Part shown: piece by piece, positions 50,743 to 59,157 of the stretch | How the letters are laid out: every line of letters starts with the position of its first letter | Numbering within the stretch: position 1 is the stretch's first letter | Source of the DNA: Pseudomonadota bacterium | Lineage (GTDB): Bacteria > Pseudomonadota > Alphaproteobacteria > Micavibrionales > UBA2020 | Direction of reading: 5' to 3' | Assembly (NCBI GenBank): GCA_016195185.1 | Contig: JACQAA010000054.1 | Coordinates: 92-64,091 of the forward strand | DNA: 64,000 bases | Notes under the pieces: generated by a model | Databases searched by the model: none | What the model was told of the DNA's origin: nothing | Seen by the model: only the letters and a program-made list of their open reading frames with translations | Translations under genes and position numbers: made by a program

Positions 50743-52030
50743 ATGGAAAACATACATAAAATGAATGACTTTGAGAACACGACCGAACAACCCCGCCCCC
50801 TCATGCGGGAAATTCCGCCCGCCCATCCTTTTCCAGTGGATGCGCTGGGGACTGCGCTGGGAAACGCTGCAAGGGCTATTCAGGACAAGATACAAGCGCC
50901 GATAGCCTTATGCGGCCAGTCCGTTCTTGCCGTCACGACATTGGCGGTGCAGGCGCATTGTGACATTCAGCTCCCCATCGGACAGATCAAGCCTGTCAGC
51001 AATTTTTTCCTGAGTGTTGCGGCAAGCGGCGAAAGAAAATCCGCCTGTGACTCAGAGGCGCTTTGGGCAATAAAGAAACATGAAGCGCAACAGCGCAAGG
51101 CATATGACGACAAAATACCGTCATATAATAACGAGGCGGCGGCATGGGCAGCCGAGCAAAAAAAAATCCTGAAAGATAAAAAGAAAGACCAGAAGGCAAT
51201 AAAGCAGGAACTCGACAAGCTGGGGGAGCCGCCCTTGTCCCCACTTAACCCTATGAGGCTATGCCCCGAACCCACTTTTGAGGGGTTATGCCGCCTCCTG
51301 AAAGAAGGGATGCCCAGCGTCGGGATATTCTCCGCTGAAGGCGGGCAGTTTATCGGCGGGCATGGTATGTCCGATGAAAACAAGCTGAGGACGGCGACGG
51401 GGCTTTCTTCCGTCTGGGATGGCGACCCCATCCGCCGCGTCCGTGCCGGGGACGGCATTCTCATGCTACCGGGGCGGAGAGTGGCCGCGCACCTTATGGC
51501 GCAGCCGGATATTGCCGCGCTCATGCTGAACGATCCCATGCTCATGGAACAGGGGCTTCTGTCCCGCTTCCTTGTATCAGCGCCAGAGAGCACTTCGGGA
51601 ACCCGCTTCTGGCATGAACCAGCGCCAACAAGTGACGGCCATATCAGAGGATTCAGTGCAAAGCTTCTTTCCATTTTGGAGATGCCCCTGCCTTTGACGC
51701 GGGGCAAACAAAACGAACTGACCCCCAGACCCTTGCCCCTGTCACCCGAAGCAAGAAAACTCCGGATCAGCAAAGCCAACCGCAATGTCCCGGATCAATC
51801 CTGATTTACGGCTTGCCCAGAAATTGCTTGTCTGGCTCCAAACAAAATGGCCGGAGTCCGGCATTTCCCTGCCCGATATATACCAGCGCAGCCTGAATGC
51901 TATTCGTGACAAAAGCACGGCTGAAAAGATTGTGACCATTCTTGAGCATCATGGCTGGCTGAGAAAGATGAAGGGGGCGCATGTTATTGCCGGAGAGCGC
52001 CGCCGGGATGTCTGGAGCATCATAAAATAG
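50743..52030 (+). pseudogene. DUF3987 (YfjI-like) protein gene interrupted by a +1 frameshift near 51785-51804
   Basis: ORF 50743..51804 (353 aa; FPVDALG..., VAASGERKS, PTFEGL...SAEGGQF) and ORF 51785..52030 (81 aa) overlap by 20 nt in different frames. Together they make about 434 aa, a typical full length for this family. Confidence 0.65.
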
Positions 52031-52047
52031 ATTTTTTATACGCCTTA

Positions 52048-52085
52048 TCTAAACCCCCTAAAGCATCTAAACTTTAGGGGGTTTA
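52048..52085 (+). terminator. 15-bp perfect stem-loop CTAAACCCCCTAAAG-N8-CTTTAGGGGGTTTAG
   Basis: It lies 18 nt after the stop of the DUF3987 C-terminal ORF. A decayed related sequence lies after int at 44994-45021. Confidence 0.45.
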
Positions 52086-52175
52086 GGCGCTTTAGCTCGC
52101 ATGGGTATAGAGTTAAAAAAACTGTATTGAAAAAATTTTGCACTGATTTTATTCACACCTCTTAGAGCCTGTGGT

Positions 52176-52200
52176 AAACTTGCTTTATGATTTCGTATCA
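52176..52200 (+). repeat. 25-bp direct repeat, copy 1 (AAACTTGCTTTATGATTTCGTATCA)
   Basis: It ends 14 nt upstream of the ATG at 52215 and matches 52848-52872 at 24 of 25 positions. Confidence 0.8.
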
Positions 52201-52214
52201 AAAACAGGTGCAAC

Positions 52215-52847
52215 ATGGGCGGCTATAGAGGAAAACAAACGGCGGTGGATGATTGCCGCTGTCTGAACATCAACCGCATGGTGAAGCTGGGAGCCATCCC
52301 TCAATGCGGCTGGCAGACGGGCAACTGGATATGGACGGACAAGGAAACCGGAGAGCAAAAATCCGCGATAAGCTATGAGGCCGACACCCGCGACCCCTAT
52401 AACGCCTTCTTGCGGATTCATTACACCCTCACGGACAGGGATAAAAAGATAGATTATAAAATCCGGCTGTCACGGACGGAAGCGCACTATGGCGGCGGAC
52501 GCTGGTGGTTTATTTGTCCCTCCAAAGGCAAGCGCGTTGCCAAGCTGTATCTCCCCTCCGGTGGCGAGATATTCGCCTCCCGTCATGCCTACCGCCTGAA
52601 ATATGCGTCACAAAGCGAATGTCCGGGCTCCCGCGCTAACAACAAAATGTGGAAACTTAAAAATAAGCTGGGCGGATATGATTTCTTCCCTCAAAGACCA
52701 AAGGGGATGCACGAGACGACCTTTGAGCGCCTTGTAAATAAAGCTGATGAGGCAGAAGAGGTTGCCGACTATTATTTCCTGCGCCGCTGGGAAGGGCTGG
52801 TCGGGCTGGAGTTTGACAGCGAGGGACGCCTGAAAACACCCCTTTGA
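52215..52847 (+). CDS. hypothetical protein (210 aa), island-borne
   Basis: This is a clean ORF containing GGGRWWFICPSKGKRVAKLYL...FASRHAYRLKYASQSE. From memory this resembles an uncharacterised family usually carrying a CxxC zinc ribbon at that position. Confidence 0.5.
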   Translation: MGGYRGKQTAVDDCRCLNINRMVKLGAIPQCGWQTGNWIWTDKETGEQKSAISYEADTRDPYNAFLRIHYTLTDRDKKIDYKIRLSRTEAHYGGGRWWFICPSKGKRVAKLYLPSGGEIFASRHAYRLKYASQSECPGSRANNKMWKLKNKLGGYDFFPQRPKGMHETTFERLVNKADEAEEVADYYFLRRWEGLVGLEFDSEGRLKTPL

Positions 52848-52872
52848 AAACTTGCCTTATGATTTCGTATCA
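52848..52872 (+). repeat. 25-bp direct repeat, copy 2 (AAACTTGCCTTATGATTTCGTATCA)
   Basis: It starts immediately after the stop at 52845-52847. It is followed by ATAGGCGGC..., a decayed copy of the gene start ATGGGCGGC... Confidence 0.8.
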
Positions 52873-53012
52873 GGGAGGGCGCATAGGCGGCGGGCGAGGC
52901 GCTTATGACAGGATATTGGCTAACAAGCAAACGGACATGATATTGCGAGAAGAATTTTGGGGTGCTATACAGGGGAAGGCTGACCGGCGCTTTTCCTAGC
53001 CGTTTTTCAGTT

Positions 53013-53033
53013 TGGGGGTATAAATGGGGGTAT
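53013..53033 (+). repeat. two direct TGGGGGTAT motifs near the right end of the island
   Basis: TGGGGGTAT is at 53013-53021 and at 53025-53033. This is the same 9-mer as at the int-proximal end. Confidence 0.5.
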
Positions 53034-53137
53034 TTCTCAAAATTATAGACTGAAATAGTATTAAAATACAAACAGTTAACGGATGAATACTAAGGCTTCC
53101 CCCCATTACATCCTCAGATCTCAAAACACTGTTCCCG

Positions 53138-53611
53138 TTATTTCACAATTTTCCAGGTGCCATCAGCCTGCTGGCAGGCGGTGCCGTATCCCTTTTGCTG
53201 TTTGTTATCGATCATAATGGTTTGTTTGTATTGGCGGCATTGGCGCCCCTTGCTGTCAGCTCCTTCCCGTGTGGCGATATAGGTTCCACTGTGACCACTG
53301 TCAGGATTTTTCCAACTGATTTTTTCACCGACGGGTGCAGAAAGTGACTCATCTCGGGCCTCTCTCATGGCCAGCCGGTCTGCCTTGTCAAGAGATTGAC
53401 CAATGCTGCTGCCAGCCAGCGCGCCGAGCAGCACTCCCGCGCCCACCGCCCATAAACGGCCGGAGCCTGAACCAACCATTGAGCCAACCAGGCCGCCCGT
53501 AACGGCGCCAACTCCAGTGCCGACGGTCTGGTTTGTACCCCAATCATCCGTTACACACCCGGAAACAGTCAGACTCAATACAATCACGCAGGCCGATATT
53601 TTTCTCTTCAT
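53138..53611 (-). CDS. glycine-zipper surface lipoprotein (17-kDa surface-antigen-like)
   Basis: The lipobox is LTVSGC. The glycine zipper reads GTGVGAVTGGLVGSMVGSGSG...GAGVLLGALAGSSIG. The C-terminal domain contains RQCRQY. Confidence 0.7.
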   Translation of the reverse strand: MKRKISACVIVLSLTVSGCVTDDWGTNQTVGTGVGAVTGGLVGSMVGSGSGRLWAVGAGVLLGALAGSSIGQSLDKADRLAMREARDESLSAPVGEKISWKNPDSGHSGTYIATREGADSKGRQCRQYKQTIMIDNKQQKGYGTACQQADGTWKIVK

Positions 53612-53865
53612 GAATAACCCCCCTGTTTTCAGGTTTCTCTTTTCGACCCTCGACGATACATACCCTTACCGTTTGAATTCACTCACGGCAACGTCTCCCC
53701 CGTGTCGTTTGATGGGCGTGAAAGCTGCAATGGAATGATCGGTGTATATGAAGGCGAAAATGCTTCCTTTACAGACCATTTTATCAAAGAATCGCTTAAG
53801 CGAAGGTTAAGCCTGCCCTGCCCGATCGGGGGGATTCATGGGGAGCCACGTGGAGAATACATCCT

Positions 53866-54219
53866 CTAGCCGGATACTTTTTTCACGAATTCCGATTTCA
53901 ATCCCATAGGGCCAATGCCCGGCACCTGGCAATCGATGTTGTGATCACTGTCGACCAGGCGGATGTTTTTGATTTTTGTGCCCACCTTTACAACGGTTGA
54001 CGATCCCTTGGCTTTCAGGTCCTTGATGACGGTCACGGTATCTCCGTCTTTCAGGACTGTTCCGTTGGCATCGCGCACGACGACACTGTCGCCGCCGCCT
54101 GCTTCCCCGGCTTTTTTCGTGGCGGACCACTCATGCCCGCAGGCCGGACAATTATAAAAGCCGCGATCCTCATAGGTATAGGCTGACTGGCATTTCGGGC
54201 AGGGCGGAAGCGAGTCCAT
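53866..54219 (-). CDS. zinc-ribbon protein YjdM/PhnA family
   Basis: [25 protein letters not shown] is the N-terminal zinc ribbon. The C-terminal half reads [30 protein letters not shown]. Confidence 0.85.
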   Translation of the reverse strand: MDSLPPCPKCQSAYTYEDRGFYNCPACGHEWSATKKAGEAGGGDSVVVRDANGTVLKDGDTVTVIKDLKAKGSSTVVKVGTKIKNIRLVDSDHNIDCQVPGIGPMGLKSEFVKKVSG

Positions 54220-54325
54220 GACGATCTAACTTGCTGTAATCTTATACCAATGCCCGCGATGGTACTACGACTATAGTTGTTTGGCAATCTCTATGACATG
54301 ACCACCCCGTGATGGCGGAGCGGGG

Positions 54326-54362
54326 GTAACAAGGGCCGGCAGCAGTACCCGGCCCTTGTTAC
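54326..54362 (-). terminator. 14-bp perfect stem-loop GTAACAAGGGCCGG-N9-CCGGCCCTTGTTAC downstream of hsp20
   Basis: It begins 9 nt after the hsp20 stop. It is GC-rich and has no obvious U-tract. Confidence 0.45.
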
Positions 54363-54370
54363 GCTGGCGC

Positions 54371-54880
54371 TCAGGCTGCTTTTTTAATCTGCAGTTTTTT
54401 AGGAGGTTGAACCGCCTCGGCCTTTTTTGGCACTTTGATCGTGAGAATCCCATTTTTAAACGAGGCCTCCGCCCCGTCGCTATTGGCCGTGTCCGGCAGA
54501 GTCACCTGGCGGTAAAAAGACCCGCTGGATGTTTCGCGCCGGATATAGTTCTCTTCCTTTTCCTCTTTCTCCTCTTTTCTTTCGCCCCTGATCGTGAGGG
54601 TATTGCCGGTAACAGAGACATCGACGGATTCGGGAGACATGCCGGGCAGTTCCACATCAACGCGGAAAGAATCGCTGCCATCGACGACGTTGAGGGCAGG
54701 CATCATGTCAGCCAGCTCCCTGTCCCATCTGGTCAGGTATACTTCCGAACCCCGGTACATATGCTCTAAAAAGCGGTTCAATTCTTCCTGTAAAGAGGCA
54801 AACGAGGGTACCGGCTGCCCTTTCTGACGCACCGGAATCCCGAAGGGGCGTTCCCAGCTCATTAAATCGCGCAGCGTCAT
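54371..54880 (-). CDS. Hsp20/alpha-crystallin family small heat-shock protein
   Basis: The alpha-crystallin core reads FRVDVELPGMSPESVDVSVTGNTLTIRGERK...FYRQVTLP...A.FKNGILTIKVPK. I place the start at the ATG at 54880 (MTLRDLMSW). Confidence 0.9.
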   Translation of the reverse strand: MTLRDLMSWERPFGIPVRQKGQPVPSFASLQEELNRFLEHMYRGSEVYLTRWDRELADMMPALNVVDGSDSFRVDVELPGMSPESVDVSVTGNTLTIRGERKEEKEEKEENYIRRETSSGSFYRQVTLPDTANSDGAEASFKNGILTIKVPKKAEAVQPPKKLQIKKAA

Positions 54881-54989
54881 GGCTATTCTCCTTCTTCTCT
54901 GGGTTGATATGTCAGGGTATTCCCCCAGTATAGGGTCCATTTGTTTAACTTTCTGTTATTCCGGGATTACCCATTTGGGCAAAGACATT

Positions 54990-55334
54990 TTATATTTTTC
55001 CCGTGGCGATTTTGGGCGATTGCGCCAATGCGCTCCGGAGCATGTGGCCGATCTCCGCGCGACCGTGATACCCCGCATAATCCAGCACACCCTTACCGTC
55101 ATTATTTCTTGCGCTGGGGTCGGCGCCGTGCTCCAACAGCAGCCGCACAATGTCTACATGGCCCTCTCGCACCGCCACGATCAGCGGGGTTTCTCCGTAG
55201 CCATTCTTTTCCTCGCTGTCAGCGCCTCTTGCCAGCAGATCTTTCACGATGGGCGCATCGCCGTCATATGCTGCGTCCAGCAAATCACCGGGACCCACGC
55301 TGGTCAGAAAATTCAATATGTTGTTGAACGGCAT
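54990..55334 (-). CDS. ankyrin-repeat protein (small, about 3 repeats)
   Basis: The repeats read DAPIVKDLLARGADSEEKNGYGETPLIVAVREGHVDIVRLLLEHGADPSARNNDG. Confidence 0.85.
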   Translation of the reverse strand: MPFNNILNFLTSVGPGDLLDAAYDGDAPIVKDLLARGADSEEKNGYGETPLIVAVREGHVDIVRLLLEHGADPSARNNDGKGVLDYAGYHGRAEIGHMLRSALAQSPKIATGKI

Positions 55335-55365
55335 GTTGCTTCTCCTCTTATTCCCGACACATTGT

Positions 55366-58125
55366 CTAGTTTTTCTTCCGCTGCGGCAGAGTAAAGAAGA
55401 AAGTCGTTCCCGCGCCCGGCCCTTTTGATTCCGCCCAGATCTGCCCGCCGTGCTGGTTGATGATTTTTTTAGCGATAGTCAGCCCCGATCCTGTGCCGCC
55501 GCCATAGGCATCGCGGGGGTGCAGTCTTTTGAAAATCTTGAAAATGGCCTCCAGATGCTGCGGGTCGATGCCGATGCCGTGGTCACGCACATAAAAAATC
55601 ATCTCCCCCGGCGCCCGCTCGTGTTTGTCGGTGCAGCCGATCTCTATCTTATTCCCCTTCTGGTCGCTGTATTTCAGCGCGTTGCCGATCAGGTTCTGAA
55701 ATACTTCGGCGATCCTGATGCGGTCACAGACCAGTGTCGGCAGATCACAGGTGATCTCGATGTTCGCCGCGGTCTCCTGCAACTTGATGGCGAAAAGTTC
55801 AATGACTGCCCGCACGACTTCATTAAGGTCAGTCTTGTTGATGGCCAGCTGGGTGCGCCCCAGCCGTGAATAATGCAACAGGCTGTCGAGCAGCTCGCTC
55901 ATTCTCTTGGTGAGATTGGAGATGGTATGCAGCTTGTTTTTTCCGTCTTCATCCAGCTTGTCGCTGTAATCCTCGAGCAGGAACTGAGAAAAACTTTGCA
56001 GCCCGCGCAAAGGCTCCTTGAGATCGTGGGAAACGATGTAGGAAAAATCGTCCAGCTCCTGGTTGCTGCGCTCCAGCTCCCTGGAATATTCGAGGATTTT
56101 TTCCTCGGCTTTTTTCAGGTGACTGATGTCCCGGATCACCCCGATCAGAAACTGTTCGTTCTTTTCGTTGAGAAAGGCGGTCTTTTTGGTCAACAAAATG
56201 CGGCGCTCGCCGTGCGCATCGGTGAAAAATTCCTCGCTGCTGTCCACCCCGCCGCTGGTAAACACCTTGTCGTCATGTTCCCAGAAATGATCCGCCTCCT
56301 CCTTGGGAAAAAAATCGTAATCGCTCTTGCCGATAAACTTCTCCTGCGGTCCGTTCATGAACTCCCAGAACGCCTTGTTGCCGCCGATCCAGCGGTGCTG
56401 GCGGTCCTTCATGAAAATGGGGTCGGGAATGTGATTCAGCACGTCATTGAGATATCTATGGGCGTCGCGCAGCTTGCGGCTGGCTTCGAGCCGCTCGCTG
56501 ATGTCGCGGGCGATCTTCGAGGCGCCGACCACCTTCCCCGTCGTATCCCGCACCGGGGAAATCGCCACCGAAACCTGAATCGGGCGGCCGCCCTTGGCGA
56601 CGCGCACAGTGTCAAAGTGCTCTACTCGCTTGCCAGAACTAACCTGCTCCATGATCTGCGCCTCTTCCTGCAAGCGGTCGGGGGGGATGATCAGGCTGAT
56701 GTGCTTGCCAACCACCTCGTCCGCCGTATAACCGAAGAGCCGCGCCGCTCCGGCATTCCAGGACGTAATCACGCCCTGCAGCGCCTCGCTGATAACCGCA
56801 TCTGAAGACGACTCAACAATCGCCGACAACAGCCCTCTGCTATTCCCTTCCTGCCGTTCCAGGCTGAGATCGCGGATAAACGCGGTAAAGAAATAATCCT
56901 GGTTTTTCTGCGCCGTGATCGAGAGTTCCACCGGAATGATCCCGCCTGACTTGGTCAGCGCCTGCATCTCAATCCGTTTGTTCAGGATATTTGACACCCC
57001 CTCACGCAGAAATTTGTTGACCCCGCGCCAGTGTCGCTCCCGGTAGTTGGCGGGGATAAGGGTGTCGGCCATCACCTTGCCCATGACCTCCGGCGCGCTC
57101 CAGCCAAAGATAATCTCGGCGCGCATATTCCATTCCGTGATCCGGCCATGGGCGTCGATGGAAATCACGGCATCCAATGAACTATCCAGGATCAGCCGCA
57201 TATGTTCCTGGCTGTCCAACAGCCGCTTCTGCGCATCCTGACGCTCGGCAATGGCAGCACCCAGCAGCAGCCCGGTCGCCGCCACCGTCATCATGAATAT
57301 ATCGAGCAGCATGAGATTTTCCTCGGTGGTGCCGCCGGTAAACAGCTCATACCCGCGCACCGAGGCCGCAATGGCGGTCGCGGAGATAAACAAGGTCAGC
57401 AAAGTCGTGCCACGCTGGCCAAAGCGCAGCGCCGCCCAGATGATGAAGGGGAAAACCGGATAGAGAAAGGCGTGTCCCGTCATGCCTAACAGCGGGATCG
57501 GGCTGAAAATATTGGTCGAGATGATCGACAACCAGAACGCCAGTGACAAAATCTCCGCAATCACGATCAGTCGCGGCCGGACATAAGGCCCCTGTGCCCA
57601 CGCCAGAATCGCCGGCGCGACAATCAGCGCCCCGCCGGCATCCCCCAGCCACCAGATTCTCCACAGCGCGCCAAAGGCTGACCAGGGCTGCACTCCCCCC
57701 AGGCACAGGCTTAAGGTGCCGATGCTGGCGCTGACCGCCGTGCCAAAGACGGCTGAACAGACAATCAGCCCGACAACATCCTTCAGCCGGTGCAACCGGG
57801 TATCCACCGCCACAAACCTCTGGAGCAGCCATACCGCCAGCACCGCCTCCAGCGTATTACCCGCCGCGATGCCTAGGGCGACGGCGACGGGCTCGTGGGT
57901 GGTCACATTGGCCAGAAAAGCCCCCAACAGAATGCCGGGCCAGAACTCCTGCCCTAACAGCAGCAAGGCCGCCATCGCGATGCCGGTCGGCGGCCAGATA
58001 ATGGTCACCTGTTCCGCCAGCATCGCCAGCCTGAGCCCGAGCTTGGCGGCCACCATATATATGGTGGCCAGCGCCAGGATAAGGGCGACCTTCTTAAGGT
58101 TTGTGAGCGTCATTTGAACTGCCAT
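55366..58125 (-). CDS. sensor histidine kinase: MASE1 membrane domain, multiple PAS domains, HisKA and HATPase_c
   Basis: The N-terminal IIWPPTGIAMAALLLLGQEFWPGILLGAFLAN is a MASE1 signature. At least three PAS-like segments follow. The H-box is SHDLKEPLR and the ATPase motifs are NLIGNALKY, DHGIGI and GGTGSGL. An alternative start at 58113 forms an ATGA overlap with the upstream gene's stop. Confidence 0.85.
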   Translation of the reverse strand: MAVQMTLTNLKKVALILALATIYMVAAKLGLRLAMLAEQVTIIWPPTGIAMAALLLLGQEFWPGILLGAFLANVTTHEPVAVALGIAAGNTLEAVLAVWLLQRFVAVDTRLHRLKDVVGLIVCSAVFGTAVSASIGTLSLCLGGVQPWSAFGALWRIWWLGDAGGALIVAPAILAWAQGPYVRPRLIVIAEILSLAFWLSIISTNIFSPIPLLGMTGHAFLYPVFPFIIWAALRFGQRGTTLLTLFISATAIAASVRGYELFTGGTTEENLMLLDIFMMTVAATGLLLGAAIAERQDAQKRLLDSQEHMRLILDSSLDAVISIDAHGRITEWNMRAEIIFGWSAPEVMGKVMADTLIPANYRERHWRGVNKFLREGVSNILNKRIEMQALTKSGGIIPVELSITAQKNQDYFFTAFIRDLSLERQEGNSRGLLSAIVESSSDAVISEALQGVITSWNAGAARLFGYTADEVVGKHISLIIPPDRLQEEAQIMEQVSSGKRVEHFDTVRVAKGGRPIQVSVAISPVRDTTGKVVGASKIARDISERLEASRKLRDAHRYLNDVLNHIPDPIFMKDRQHRWIGGNKAFWEFMNGPQEKFIGKSDYDFFPKEEADHFWEHDDKVFTSGGVDSSEEFFTDAHGERRILLTKKTAFLNEKNEQFLIGVIRDISHLKKAEEKILEYSRELERSNQELDDFSYIVSHDLKEPLRGLQSFSQFLLEDYSDKLDEDGKNKLHTISNLTKRMSELLDSLLHYSRLGRTQLAINKTDLNEVVRAVIELFAIKLQETAANIEITCDLPTLVCDRIRIAEVFQNLIGNALKYSDQKGNKIEIGCTDKHERAPGEMIFYVRDHGIGIDPQHLEAIFKIFKRLHPRDAYGGGTGSGLTIAKKIINQHGGQIWAESKGPGAGTTFFFTLPQRKKN

Positions 58126-59141
58126 TTAAGTAGTGATGAGGCCCGAACCACATTTTGCGGCTGCCCGGCCATATAAGCCTCGATATTTTCACCGGTCGTG
58201 CGCAATATCGACTCGACCGTTTCGTGTGTATAAAAGGCGCTGTGCGGCGTCACAATCACGTTTTTATGGCGCAGCAGCGCGTGCGAGGTCAGCACGGTGG
58301 CGGCATCATGGTGCTCGCTGAAGGATTCGCGCAGAAACTCCGCATCATCACGAATCGCCGGCTCATCCGGCAGAACATCCAGCCCGGCGGCCCGCACTTT
58401 GCCCTTGCTGAGCGCCTGCAGCAGGGCTTTCAGGTCGATGGCGCTGCCGCGCGACGTGTTGATGATCGTTGCCCCCTCCTTCATCAGGGAAAACTCCCGC
58501 TCGCCCAGGACGGGCCGGTTACCTGACGCCGTCGAGACATGCAGTGACACGACATCTGACCTGGCCAGCAATTCATCCAGGCTGACATAACCGAAGCCCA
58601 GTTTTTTGGCCGTGTCGGGCCTGACCTGGACATCGTGGCCCAGAACATTCATGCCGAAACCATGGGCAATTTCAATGGCCCGCAGGCCGATGGCGCCCGT
58701 GCCGATGACGCCAAACGTCTTGCCGTAGAGATCAAACCCCGTCACGCCGCGCAGCGAAAAGTTGCCTTCACGAGTCTGTTGCACCACTTTCGGCAGCTGC
58801 CGGTTAAGGGCCAGCAGCAAACAAAAAACGTGCTCCGCCACGGTGTGCTCGCCATAGGCCGGCACGTTTGAAACCGCGATGTCCTTCTCGGCGCAATAAT
58901 CGAGGTCTATGTGGTCAACACTGCGCGAGCGCGTCGTGATGAACTTCAGGTTCCTCAGTTGCTCCAGGGTTTTTCTGCTCAAATCCGAATAAATGAACGT
59001 GGAAATGATCTCCGCATCGACGCACCGCTTGGCATTATCCGCATTGAGCGGCTCTTTGAATACGTCGTAATCCAAATCACCGTAGAGCTTGAGCAGAGTA
59101 TCCGCCTCGAGTTCCTCGACTTCGCAAAAAATGGTCACCAT
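58110..59141 (-). CDS. D-isomer-specific 2-hydroxyacid dehydrogenase family (D-lactate/phosphoglycerate dehydrogenase-like)
   Basis: The NAD-binding motif is GVIGTGAIGLRAIEIAHGFGM, followed by NTSRG and TPHSAFYT. Confidence 0.8.
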   Translation of the reverse strand: MVTIFCEVEELEADTLLKLYGDLDYDVFKEPLNADNAKRCVDAEIISTFIYSDLSRKTLEQLRNLKFITTRSRSVDHIDLDYCAEKDIAVSNVPAYGEHTVAEHVFCLLLALNRQLPKVVQQTREGNFSLRGVTGFDLYGKTFGVIGTGAIGLRAIEIAHGFGMNVLGHDVQVRPDTAKKLGFGYVSLDELLARSDVVSLHVSTASGNRPVLGEREFSLMKEGATIINTSRGSAIDLKALLQALSKGKVRAAGLDVLPDEPAIRDDAEFLRESFSEHHDAATVLTSHALLRHKNVIVTPHSAFYTHETVESILRTTGENIEAYMAGQPQNVVRASSLLKWQFK

Positions 59142-59157
59142 GGGTCATCTCCTCTGT

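Larger units (their letters stand above)
43526..53110. mobile_element. P4/CP4-57-type integrative element inserted at the 3' end of tRNA-Tyr (about 9.6 kb; right boundary approximate)
   Basis: The tRNA is followed by an integrase, then cargo, HTH, AlpA, PrimPol and DUF3987 genes. TGGGGGTAT motifs lie near both ends. Only a degenerate copy of the tRNA 3' end (CTTCCCCCCATTAC, 53096-53109) is present on the right. Confidence 0.7.

Noticed and set aside
53096-53109. CTTCCCCCCATTAC as a definitive attR core
   Set aside because: It shares only an 8-nt exact run plus scattered matches with the tRNA-Tyr 3' end. I keep it only as an approximate right boundary and not as a demonstrated att site.
54881-54989. 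ROSE-type RNA thermometer or sigma32 promoter upstream of hsp20
   Set aside because: ROSE-type thermometers are common on alphaproteobacterial small heat-shock genes, so I looked for one. I could not find an anti-SD U(U/C)GCU-type hairpin pairing with GAAGGAGAA, or a clear CTTG-N17-CYTATNT promoter. The question cannot be decided without folding and covariance tools.
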